From contig JAFUTV010000011.1 of NCBI GenBank assembly GCA_017484125.1, forward strand, positions 14,681 to 78,680: DNA of 64,000 nucleotides. The letters are read 5' to 3'. Under the pieces are notes generated by a model. It was not told the origin of the DNA. It was given only the letters and a program-made list of their open reading frames with translations, and made no database searches. Both the position numbers and the translations under genes were made by a program. Source of the DNA: Bacilli bacterium. Its GTDB lineage: Bacteria; Bacillota_I; Bacilli_A; RF39; UBA660. Shown in pieces: positions 8,140 through 17,330 of this stretch. How positions within the stretch are numbered: position 1 is the stretch's first letter; each line of letters starts with the position of its first letter.

Positions 8140-10257
8140 ATGAAGAAGAATAAGACTATCAAGACAAGTAAATTAGTTTTAATAGTTCTTATTGCTTCTT
8201 TTTTTGTTATAATAGGCCAATTAATTCATATTGCAATGTTTGATAAGGTAGATGGAATTGATATTGCAAGCTTTGCCAAAAACAGAAATACAACCACTAA
8301 AACTCTTTATGCTTCTCGTGGATCTATTTATGATGTTAATGGTGATATATTAGCTCAAACTGCTAACTCTTATACAGTAATTGCCTATTTGTCTGAATCT
8401 CGTACAAAAGATATTAATAATCCAAAGCATGTTGTCGATAAAGAAATGACTGCCAGAAAATTATCTGAAGTATTTGAAAAAAATAAAATAACATCTATGA
8501 CATATGAATATATATTAGAACTTTTAAGTAAAAATAGATACCAAGTAGAGTTAGGACCAGGTGGAAGAGAGATAACAGAGGTATTAAAATCAGAAATTGA
8601 ATCTTTAAGTTTGCCAGGAATAGCATTTACTAAAAGTACTATGCGATATTATACAAAATCTACATTAGCACCATACATTATTGGTTATGCCAAGAAAAAT
8701 GATGATGGTAAAATAACAGGTGAAATGGGAATTGAAAAATATTATGATGATGAACTTGAAGGTGAAGATGGTAAAACGACATATGAAACAGATGTTTATG
8801 GGTATCGTCTTCCAAATTCTACTGAAACTACAGTTGAACCAAAAGAAGGTAAAGATATTTATTTAACAATAGACTCAAATATTCAATTGTTTTTAGAGAA
8901 TTCAATTAGTGAATTATCTGATAAGTATGAAATGAGTTGGTTAACTTTTACTGTTGCCGATGCTAAAACAGGTGCAATACTTGGTAGTGCATCTAATCCA
9001 ACTTTTGATTTAAATAAGCAAAATATGGAATCTTACTTAAATCCTTTAGTATCTTATCAGTATGAACCAGGTTCTACTATGAAAATATTTTCCTTTTTAG
9101 CTGCCATGGATAATAATGTTTATAAAGGATCTAATACATATATGTCTGGTTCAGTTAAAGTGGGAGATACTACTATTCATGATTTTAATGATGTTGGATG
9201 GGGAGAAATAACATATGATACTGGGTTTGCATATTCATCAAATGTAGGAGCTGTTTATTTATCTAAAGCAGTTGGTAGAGAAAAATTAAGAGAATTTTAT
9301 GATAGATCAGGATTTGGTCAAAAAACAGGTATAACATTACCTGGTGAAGTTGAGGGTTATGCAAATTTTATATATGATACAGAAATTGCAACAGCTTCAT
9401 TTGGTCAAGGTATTACCACAACACCAATTCAAAATATACAAGCCTTAACTATGTTAGCAAATGATGGAATAATTTTAAAACCATATATTGTTTCTAAAAT
9501 TGTTGATAGAACTACTGGTAATGTTGATTTTACTGGACAAAGGCAAGAAATTAGACAAGTAACATCAAAAGATAATATAGAAAAAATAAGAAAACTAATG
9601 GACAATGCTTTATATGATACAATAACTGATGCTGCATATTACCAACCAAGTAATATTAGAATGATTGGTAAAACAGGAACTGCAAATATTCCTTCTTCTA
9701 AAGGTGGATATTTAAAAGGAAAGTATGATTATATTAGATCTTTTGCAGGCCTTTTTCCAGCTGAAGATCCTAAATATATTATTTATGTTTCTACTAAACA
9801 ATTTATTGGACCTATTAAAGCCTTAGCTAAGGCAGTAACATCAGTTGTAGAAGATGTTGCTAATTATAAAAATATTGCTGAACTTGATTCAACAGTTTCT
9901 AAAAATGAAATAATTGTCTTAGATAATTATTTAAATACACTAGTAGAAGAAACAGAAGAAAAGATTAAAAATTTAAACTTAAATCCAATAATTTTAGGTG
10001 ATGGAAAATATGTATTAAAAATGTATCCAAATAAAGATAGTAAAGTTTTAAAAGATAGCAAAGTATTTATTGTTACTTCACAAAATAATTATGTTATGCC
10101 GGATGTATTATCTTGGAGTGAAAATGAAATTAAAACATTTTGTAATCTTATAGGACTAAATTATAATATTTCTGGATATGGTAGAGTTGTATCTCAAAGT
10201 ATTGCTGCAAATTCAGTAATTGATTTAAATGATACTTTAACTATAGTATTAGAATAG
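8140..10257 (+). CDS. pbpB: Class B penicillin-binding protein (PBP2B/FtsI-like) with two C-terminal PASTA domains
   Basis: Transpeptidase motifs STMK, SSN and KTGTA, an N-terminal TM plus dimerisation domain, and the dcw position. Confidence 0.9.
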   Translation: MKKNKTIKTSKLVLIVLIASFFVIIGQLIHIAMFDKVDGIDIASFAKNRNTTTKTLYASRGSIYDVNGDILAQTANSYTVIAYLSESRTKDINNPKHVVDKEMTARKLSEVFEKNKITSMTYEYILELLSKNRYQVELGPGGREITEVLKSEIESLSLPGIAFTKSTMRYYTKSTLAPYIIGYAKKNDDGKITGEMGIEKYYDDELEGEDGKTTYETDVYGYRLPNSTETTVEPKEGKDIYLTIDSNIQLFLENSISELSDKYEMSWLTFTVADAKTGAILGSASNPTFDLNKQNMESYLNPLVSYQYEPGSTMKIFSFLAAMDNNVYKGSNTYMSGSVKVGDTTIHDFNDVGWGEITYDTGFAYSSNVGAVYLSKAVGREKLREFYDRSGFGQKTGITLPGEVEGYANFIYDTEIATASFGQGITTTPIQNIQALTMLANDGIILKPYIVSKIVDRTTGNVDFTGQRQEIRQVTSKDNIEKIRKLMDNALYDTITDAAYYQPSNIRMIGKTGTANIPSSKGGYLKGKYDYIRSFAGLFPAEDPKYIIYVSTKQFIGPIKALAKAVTSVVEDVANYKNIAELDSTVSKNEIIVLDNYLNTLVEETEEKIKNLNLNPIILGDGKYVLKMYPNKDSKVLKDSKVFIVTSQNNYVMPDVLSWSENEIKTFCNLIGLNYNISGYGRVVSQSIAANSVIDLNDTLTIVLE

Positions 10258-10287
10258 AAAATAAAACTTTTCGCAGTTTTATTTTTT
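10258..10287 (+). terminator. Rho-independent terminator after pbpB
   Basis: AAAATAAAACT / AGTTTTATTTT 11-bp stem followed by a T run. Confidence 0.65.
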
Positions 10288-10306
10288 ATTTGTCAATTTA
10301 AATTTA

Positions 10307-10347
10307 AAACATATAAAAAAACGTTGAAACTTTTATATGTTTTTTTT
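10307..10347 (+). terminator. Second terminator-like hairpin (12-13 bp A/T-rich stem + T run)
   Basis: AAAACATATAAAA ... TTTTATATGTTTT followed by Ts. The TTG 10324 start of the ORF track sits in its loop, which argues for a later start of the next gene. Confidence 0.45.
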
Positions 10348-10368
10348 ATAATATATATAGAGAAGAAA

Positions 10369-11991
10369 ATGGTGAAGAGTATGAATTATAGTAAACCTAA
10401 TTATAGCTATAGGGGATTTTTGTTATTTTTATTTTTTTTGATTTTTATTGCAATAATATTAGCAATAAACGTTTTTAATGATGAAGAAAAATCAAATACT
10501 TATAGAAATGATATTTTTTATTTAATATCAAGTTCAGAAAATGAAGTATTTGATGATGATATAAAAAAATTTGCAAATAAAGAAAAATTTAAAATAGAAA
10601 TTACTTATGATGATACTCAAAAAATAGTAAAAAGATTAAATAATGGTGAAAAATTTGATGCTGTATGGTTATCTAATTCTATTTGGACATACGCTGTAAA
10701 TACTAGCAAAGTATCAATTTCTAATACTAAATCAACTAGTATAAATCCAATTATTTTTGGAATTAAAAAAAGTAAAGCAGAAGAATTAGGATTTATTAAT
10801 AAAGATATTTATACTAAAGATATTGTTAATGCAGTTGAAAGTGGTAAACTAAAGTTTAGTATGTCTAATCCTATTACTACTAATAGTGGCGCTAGCGCAT
10901 ATCTTGGTATACTTGCAACTTTAGCAGGTAATCCTGAAGTATTAACAAGTGATATGTTAAACAATCAAGTATTAAAAGATAAATTAAAAACCTTCTTTTC
11001 TGGATTAGAAAGATCAGCAGGAGATGAAGATTTTCTAGAAGAAGCTTTCTTAAATGGAGATTATGATGCAGTTTTTTCTTATGAATCGTCTATAATTAAT
11101 ATTAATAAAAAGTTACAAGAAAATAATAAAGATTATTTATATGCTATTTATCCAGTTGATGGCGTTTCTATATCAGATAGTCCAATAGGCTTCATAGATC
11201 AAAAAAATAGCGATAAAAAAGAAATATATGAAAAAATAAATAATTATTTACTTGGAAATGATGGTCAAAAATTATTTGCTAGTTATGGAAGAAGAACATG
11301 GTATGGTGGAACATCAACTACCGCTGATAAAAATATATTTAATCCTACATGGGGAATAGATACAACTAAATATATATCACCAATTAAATATCCATCAACC
11401 AGTGTAATTACTGAAGCACTAGCATTATATCAATCAACATTAAGAAAACCTGTTCATGTTGCTTTTTGCTTAGATTATTCAGGAAGTATGTATGGACAAG
11501 GTTATAAAAAATTAATTGATGCCATGGATTATATTTTAACAGATAGAGCACAAGAAGAATTGCTTCAGTTTAGTGAAGAAGATAAAGTTGATGTTATTGC
11601 ATTTGATTCTTCAATTTCTGCTCCTTGGTCAACTACTAGTGGAATAAATACTAATGAATTACTTTCAAAAATAAAGGAAAAAACACCAGGCGGTACAACA
11701 GCACTTTTCCCAGCTGCTAAAAAAGCAGTAGAATTATTAAAAGATGAAGATAGAACAAAATATAATACATCAATAATATTATTAACAGATGGTGAAGGAA
11801 ACGTTGGTACTTTTGCTGATTTAAGTACATACTATAATTCTATAAATAAAGATATTCCAATATATTCAATAAAATTTTCTGATGCTAGTCCAGCACAGTT
11901 AAGACAATTAGCAGATCTATCAAACGGAAAAGTCTTTGATGGCGATGAAGATTTAGTTGAAGCTTTTAAAGAAGTAAGAGGATATAATTAA
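10369..11991 (+). CDS. Membrane-anchored protein with a periplasmic-binding-like N-terminal half and a C-terminal von Willebrand factor A domain
   Basis: N-terminal TM. MIDAS motif DYSGSM plus TPGGTTALFPA and LLTDGEGN in the C-terminal half. The start could be 10369 or 10381. Confidence 0.8.
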   Translation: MVKSMNYSKPNYSYRGFLLFLFFLIFIAIILAINVFNDEEKSNTYRNDIFYLISSSENEVFDDDIKKFANKEKFKIEITYDDTQKIVKRLNNGEKFDAVWLSNSIWTYAVNTSKVSISNTKSTSINPIIFGIKKSKAEELGFINKDIYTKDIVNAVESGKLKFSMSNPITTNSGASAYLGILATLAGNPEVLTSDMLNNQVLKDKLKTFFSGLERSAGDEDFLEEAFLNGDYDAVFSYESSIININKKLQENNKDYLYAIYPVDGVSISDSPIGFIDQKNSDKKEIYEKINNYLLGNDGQKLFASYGRRTWYGGTSTTADKNIFNPTWGIDTTKYISPIKYPSTSVITEALALYQSTLRKPVHVAFCLDYSGSMYGQGYKKLIDAMDYILTDRAQEELLQFSEEDKVDVIAFDSSISAPWSTTSGINTNELLSKIKEKTPGGTTALFPAAKKAVELLKDEDRTKYNTSIILLTDGEGNVGTFADLSTYYNSINKDIPIYSIKFSDASPAQLRQLADLSNGKVFDGDEDLVEAFKEVRGYN

Positions 11992-12003
11992 GGGGGCATA
12001 AAA

Positions 12004-12627
12004 ATGAAATATAAAGATAGTGTTTCAGCTGTTATTGGTGGTGCCTTCTTTGCTGTACCATATCTTGCACTTGCCGTAGATATTGTACCATCACTTCTTA
12101 TTGGTGCAGCAGCTTTTGCAGCCGGTGAACTTGTTTTTACTCAAAAGAAGAACTTAACATTAAAAGAAAGTAATCGTAATTTATATGATACACTTCAAAA
12201 TGCGAAAAAACAAAATAAACATATTGTTGAAATGATTCCATTAATTGAAGATGATGAAATCAAGAAAGAATTAAACGAAATAAATGAATCAGTCACAAAA
12301 ATAATTGATACTATTACCAAAAATCCAAAGAAAGTTGAAACAATAGGAAATTTCTTTGACTATTATTTACCAGTAACAATTAAAATAATTGATAGGTATG
12401 ATGAAATAGAAAATCAAAAACTTTCGTCATCAGAGAGTAAAAAATTTTTAAATTCAACTAATAAAATGGTTAAAGAAATTAATAAATCATATAAAAAAGT
12501 CTTATCAGAATTATATAAATCTGATATAGTAGATACAGATGCAGAAATGAAAGTATTAGATTCACTACTTAAAGCAGATGGTTTTAATGATGCTGATATA
12601 GATGTTTCGAAGGAGGAAGATGTTTAA
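12004..12627 (+). CDS. XpaC-like (5-bromo-4-chloroindolyl phosphate hydrolysis family) membrane protein
   Basis: Two N-terminal TM helices, then a helical domain with FFDYYLPVTIKIIDRYDEIE. Lies in the usual vWA/TelA neighbourhood. Confidence 0.55.
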   Translation: MKYKDSVSAVIGGAFFAVPYLALAVDIVPSLLIGAAAFAAGELVFTQKKNLTLKESNRNLYDTLQNAKKQNKHIVEMIPLIEDDEIKKELNEINESVTKIIDTITKNPKKVETIGNFFDYYLPVTIKIIDRYDEIENQKLSSSESKKFLNSTNKMVKEINKSYKKVLSELYKSDIVDTDAEMKVLDSLLKADGFNDADIDVSKEEDV

Positions 12628-13832
12628 TGAAGAAAGGACAAATTATTGGTATAAGTATATTTATTGTATTAATATTATTAATTATTGGCATAAAGGCATT
12701 TTCAAGTGACAATGATAACAAAGAAAATGTGAGAGGATTAACAACCATATATGTTGCTACAGGTGGTGGCAAAGAAGACTTCCTTGCTGATGAAGAAGTT
12801 CAAAAAATATTAAAAGATAAATATAAACTTAATGTTATATTTGATACGTGGAGTAATGGTAAAACTGTTAGCCAACCATTAATTAGAGAATATGTAAAAC
12901 TCGGAAATGAATCAATAGTATCTAAAATAGCAGCAGGCGATAAGTCATATACCATAACTTCTTCAGATGTTAGTAAATATGATGCATTATTTACTTCTGA
13001 TCAAAGATTTTATGATTATTATAAACTTTATCCAGATAAATCAAAAAATGAGGCAGATAGATATAGTGTTTTAGGTGGAAGTTTAACATTAAATACGCCA
13101 ATTGTTATATATAGTTGGAATAAAGTAGTTGATGCACTTAAAAAAGAAGGAATTGTAACAGAAAATAATGGTGTTGCTTATATTAGTAATATGAGTAAAC
13201 TAATGAATTATATTTTAGAATGAAAAAAATGGTCTGATATTGGTTTAAAAGAATTATATGGAAAGATTAATATAGCATCAACAGATCCTGTAACATCAAG
13301 TCCAGGAGCAACATATTATGGACTTTTACTATCAATACTAAGTGAAGGACAAGTAACTGATGAAACATTAAGTGAAAATTTAGCAAAATTAAAACAATTT
13401 TATATTAAATCAGGTTATATGAATAATACTCCAGCAGATCTTTTTGAAAGATATTTAAAAACTGGAATGGGTGGACAACCAATGATAGTTGATTATGAAA
13501 AGAGTATTATAGATTTTGCAAATTCAAATCAAGATGGATTTAATCAAGTAAAAGATGAAATAAGGATTTTATATCCATCGCCAACTATTTGGAACAGTCA
13601 TTGCTTCGCATATTTTACAGAAAATGGTAAAAAATTATTTGAAGCATTTGATGATAAGGATATACAACAAATTGCCTGGTCTAAGTATGGATTTAGAACA
13701 GGTATTACTGGAGGAGATTATGATGTATCATCTATTGGAATTGGTGTTCCTCAAACAATAACAAGTACGGTTACAAGTTTAAAAATGGATACTTATAACA
13801 AATTAATTGAATATTTAGGAAATGGAGAGTAG
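12627..13832 (+). pseudogene. Substrate-binding-like protein gene interrupted by a single in-frame TGA (13221-13223)
   Basis: ORFs 12627-13223 and 13419-13832 share a frame (offset 792 nt), and 13224-13418 is open in that frame. The product is a paralogue of the N-terminal half of the upstream vWA protein. Confidence 0.7.
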
Positions 13833-13838
13833 GAAAAT

Positions 13839-14984
13839 ATGAAAGAAATGGAAATTAAGTTAGAAAGCAAAAAAGCAGAAAAAAATGTAGAAAGCTTAGC
13901 ACAAGATGCAACAAGTAAAATTACTGATGAAGAAATTGAAGAGTCATTAAACTATGATTTATTGTCAGCTGATGAAAAGAAAGCAATAGATGAATTTGTT
14001 GAAAAAATAGATGTATTTGATTCAACACAAGTTCTTCAATTTGGTGCAGCATCTCAAAGCAAAATATCAGAATTTTCTGATTCAGTTTTAGAGGATGTAA
14101 AAACAAAAGGAACTGGTGTTACAGGAGATTTACTAGCTGATTTAGTAGCTCAAATAAAATCATTTGATTCATCAGTTGGTCAAGAAAAGAAAGGCTTAAT
14201 GAAATTATTTTATAATGCTAAAAAAGAAATTGATAGAATAATTGCTAAGTATTCTAAAATTGAAAAGAATATAGATTTTATTGAAAAAGATTTAGAAAAA
14301 GATAAAATCCAAATGTTAAAAGATATTGCAATATTTGATACAATGTATGAAAAAAATTTAGACTATTTTAAAGAAATATCATTATACATTATTGCAGGTG
14401 AAAAGAAATTAGAAGAATTGAAAACAAAAACATTACCTGAACTTCAAAAGAAAGCAGAAAAATCTAAGGATCAACTTGATGTTCAAAAAGTTAATGATAT
14501 GGAAAATACAATTAATAGATTTGAAAAGAAATTATATGATTTAAAAACTACAAGAGTTATTTCTATTCAAATGGCACCACAAATTAGATTACTTCAAAAT
14601 AATGAGGCAGAACTTGTTGAAAGAATTCAAAGTTCGATTACAAATACTATTCCACTATGGAAAAATCAAATGGTTCTTGCACTTGGTATAAATAATGCTA
14701 AACAAGCACTTAAAACACAACAAGCAGTTACTAATTTAACAAATGATATGTTAAAGAAAAATAGTGAAACTTTAAAACAAGGATCTATAGAAATTGCTAG
14801 AGAATCTGAAAGAGCAATTGTTGATATTGAAACATTAAAGAAAACGAATGCAGATATTATAGAAACTTTAGATCAAGTTCTTGAAATTCATAAGAATGGT
14901 AGAATTCAAAGACAAGAAGCTGAAAAGGAACTTCAAAATATAGAAAAAGAATTAAAAGCAAAAATGTTAGAAATTAAAATGTAA
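13839..14984 (+). CDS. telA: TelA/YceH-family toxic anion resistance protein
   Basis: IDVFDSTQVLQFGAASQSKISEFSD, a long coiled-coil body and a TelA-like length of 381 aa. Confidence 0.85.
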   Translation: MKEMEIKLESKKAEKNVESLAQDATSKITDEEIEESLNYDLLSADEKKAIDEFVEKIDVFDSTQVLQFGAASQSKISEFSDSVLEDVKTKGTGVTGDLLADLVAQIKSFDSSVGQEKKGLMKLFYNAKKEIDRIIAKYSKIEKNIDFIEKDLEKDKIQMLKDIAIFDTMYEKNLDYFKEISLYIIAGEKKLEELKTKTLPELQKKAEKSKDQLDVQKVNDMENTINRFEKKLYDLKTTRVISIQMAPQIRLLQNNEAELVERIQSSITNTIPLWKNQMVLALGINNAKQALKTQQAVTNLTNDMLKKNSETLKQGSIEIARESERAIVDIETLKKTNADIIETLDQVLEIHKNGRIQRQEAEKELQNIEKELKAKMLEIKM

Positions 14985-15030
14985 TAAGAAAGATGTCGAT
15001 TCAATTGACTTCTTTTAGAAAGAAGTATAT

Positions 15031-16605
15031 ATGAACAAAAATTATTTAAATGATATTTATAAAGACTTTTTTGGAAAAGAAATAGATTTAAATCAGGAAG
15101 TTAATGTAAAAATAGATAATAATAAACAAATTAAAATTGATGAAGAAATAGAAAATTTATTAGTTAGCGATGAATCTAAAGAATTATTAAAAAAAATAAT
15201 TTTATATATTAAAGAATATAAAGATGACAATTATTTAAGCTTTAATTTAATTGTTGAATCTGATAATAAAGAAACTAAGGATAGTATAAGAAATATTATA
15301 AAAAATGTTATAGATAATTATGATTATATTGAAAATAATAATCAAATAATAATATCTTTTTATGAATTAGATGATATAAATAAACTTAAAGAAATATTTG
15401 AAAAAAATTCACTTATTATTTTAAAGGATATAAAGGCTTTAGAGTTAAAAGATGATAACTATAAAAGAGTATTTGTTCATTTATTAGAAGAATATTCACT
15501 TAATAAAAACATTATTATTATTGAAGGATTAAAAGAAGAAATAAATTATATATTTGAATTAAATAATTTATTGGAAGAAAAGTATTTTCCATTTAAAATT
15601 ATTGGAAAAAATCCTGATGTATTAGATATCTATCAAGAAATATTAAATATAACTAAATCTACTGATGAAGAATTTAATGTAAAAATACTGGATTATATTT
15701 CTAAAACATTTAATGATTCTAAAGTTGATTATCCAACTTATCGTGATAATTTATGTAGAGAGATAATGTTTAATCACGATATTCCTAAATTAGAAGTTAG
15801 TAAATCTCTTGACGAAATATTTGCAGAATTAAATGAATTGGTAGGATTAGATAATGTAAAAAAGACATTGCATGAATTAGTTGATTTAATATCATTAAAA
15901 GACAAAGCAGATTATTTAAAAATTAATAATGTTAATTTACATATGGTATTTTTAGGTAATCCAGGGACAGGAAAAACTACTGTAGCACGAATAATAGCTG
16001 ATATTTTATATAATTTAAAGTATATTAAACAAAATAAATTAATTGAAGTATCTAATAAAGATTTAGTTGCTGAATATGTAGGGCAAACATCACCTAAAAC
16101 AATGGCAGTAATAGAAAGGGCAATGGGTGGAGTATTATTTATTGATGAAGCATATGCCTTAGCTAGTAAAAATACAAATAATTCATTTAATGAAGAAGCA
16201 ATAGCTACACTAATTAAAGCAATGGAAGACTACCGTGATGATTTAGTTGTTATTTTTGCTGGTTATACAAAAGAAATGCAAGATTTCCTAGAATCAAATT
16301 CTGGCATAGTTTCAAGAATTGGTTATACATTAGAATTTAATGATTATACAAGTAATGAATTAATTCAAATATTTAATAATATGATGAAAAAATCTGGATT
16401 TATTGTAAAAGAAGATGCAATAGATAAATTAAGAAAAATAATAGATGATTATAAAAATAAACCAAACTTTGGTAATGCTAGATTTATAAGAAATGTCTAT
16501 GAAAAAACAGTTATAAAACATGCAGCTAATACTAAAGATAAAAAAAGAAAAGATGTTTTAAAAACTATCACTAAAGAAGATATTAGTATAGAAAATATTA
16601 AATAG
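15031..16605 (+). CDS. SpoVK/CbbX-type AAA+ ATPase with a roughly 260-aa unrecognised N-terminal extension
   Basis: Walker A GNPGTGKTTVARIIA, Walker B VLFIDEAYAL, DDLVVIFAGY and NARFIRNVYE are typical of the SpoVK subfamily. Confidence 0.8.
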   Translation: MNKNYLNDIYKDFFGKEIDLNQEVNVKIDNNKQIKIDEEIENLLVSDESKELLKKIILYIKEYKDDNYLSFNLIVESDNKETKDSIRNIIKNVIDNYDYIENNNQIIISFYELDDINKLKEIFEKNSLIILKDIKALELKDDNYKRVFVHLLEEYSLNKNIIIIEGLKEEINYIFELNNLLEEKYFPFKIIGKNPDVLDIYQEILNITKSTDEEFNVKILDYISKTFNDSKVDYPTYRDNLCREIMFNHDIPKLEVSKSLDEIFAELNELVGLDNVKKTLHELVDLISLKDKADYLKINNVNLHMVFLGNPGTGKTTVARIIADILYNLKYIKQNKLIEVSNKDLVAEYVGQTSPKTMAVIERAMGGVLFIDEAYALASKNTNNSFNEEAIATLIKAMEDYRDDLVVIFAGYTKEMQDFLESNSGIVSRIGYTLEFNDYTSNELIQIFNNMMKKSGFIVKEDAIDKLRKIIDDYKNKPNFGNARFIRNVYEKTVIKHAANTKDKKRKDVLKTITKEDISIENIK

Positions 16606-16623
16606 GAAAGGATTTGATAAATT

Positions 16624-17277
16624 ATGGATAATAAAATTTATAGTAAAGTATTCGGTTGGCTTTTTGTAGGCTTGATGATTGTTTTTTTAGGAGGATATTT
16701 AACTCAGTCATTTTTGCTAAGTCATTTAGAATTGGCAAAGACATTATATTCGGGAATTGGTTTTTGGATAATTATTATTGTTGAACTTGCACTGGCATTT
16801 ATATTAAGCTTAAGAATAAGAAAAATGAATAGTTTAACAGCTAAGATATTGTATATTTTATATTGTATAGTAACTGGTTTTACATTTTCATCAATATTTA
16901 TAATGTTTCAATTAAAATCAATAATATTTGTTTTCTTAATAACAGCTGTTATTTTTGGTATATTTGCAATTATAGGAAGTAAATTAAATGTTGACTTATC
17001 AAAATTTGGATTATACTTGTTTGTTGCATTAATAGGAATAATTATAGTATCTATAATTAATATATTTTTACATAATAGTACACTAGATATTATTTTGTCT
17101 ATTGTATCTATATTAGTATTTACATTATATATTGGATATGATATTAAAATAATTAAAGAAATGGCAAATACCGATATTAATGAAGATAATTTAGCAATTT
17201 ATGGTGCATTTCAATTACTACTTGACTTCATTAATATATTTATTCGTTTATTAGAATTATTTGGAGATAATAAATAA
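16624..17277 (+). CDS. Bax inhibitor-1/YccA (YetJ-like) family membrane protein
   Basis: Seven predicted TM segments and a C-terminal YGAFQLLLDFINIFIRLLELFG motif. Confidence 0.85.
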   Translation: MDNKIYSKVFGWLFVGLMIVFLGGYLTQSFLLSHLELAKTLYSGIGFWIIIIVELALAFILSLRIRKMNSLTAKILYILYCIVTGFTFSSIFIMFQLKSIIFVFLITAVIFGIFAIIGSKLNVDLSKFGLYLFVALIGIIIVSIINIFLHNSTLDIILSIVSILVFTLYIGYDIKIIKEMANTDINEDNLAIYGAFQLLLDFINIFIRLLELFGDNK

Positions 17278-17280
17278 AAT

Positions 17281-17303
17281 GAACTAGTAATAGTTCTTTT
17301 TTT
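17281..17303 (+). terminator. Rho-independent terminator
   Basis: GAACTA-GTAA-TAGTTC followed by T7. Confidence 0.6.
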
Positions 17304-17330
17304 AATTAATATAATCTATTAGGTGATATA

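Noticed and set aside
10324-10368. The TTG start proposed by the ORF track for the vWA gene, and likewise GTG 6447 for mraZ, 19265 for mraY, 24500, 38487, 43543, 49544, 58874 and 56239.
   Set aside because: The extended starts lack an RBS and run into terminator hairpins, operator repeats or upstream genes. Internal ATG codons with Shine-Dalgarno sequences give N-termini typical of the families.
13221-13223. The in-frame TGA could mean an alternative genetic code (TGA = Trp in code 4, or Gly in code 25).
   Set aside because: TGA ends mraZ (6912-6914, overlapping the rsmH ATG), rsmH (7823-7825), spoVD (19236-19238) and several other genes at sensible boundaries. Trp is encoded by TGG throughout. 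The window therefore uses the standard code.
13221-13290. The TGA could encode selenocysteine.
   Set aside because: The 70 nt downstream are A/T-rich (aaaaaaatggtctgatattggtttaaaagaattatatgg...) and I could not draw a stable bacterial SECIS-like hairpin. The protein family is not redox-related. This cannot be fully excluded without a folding program.
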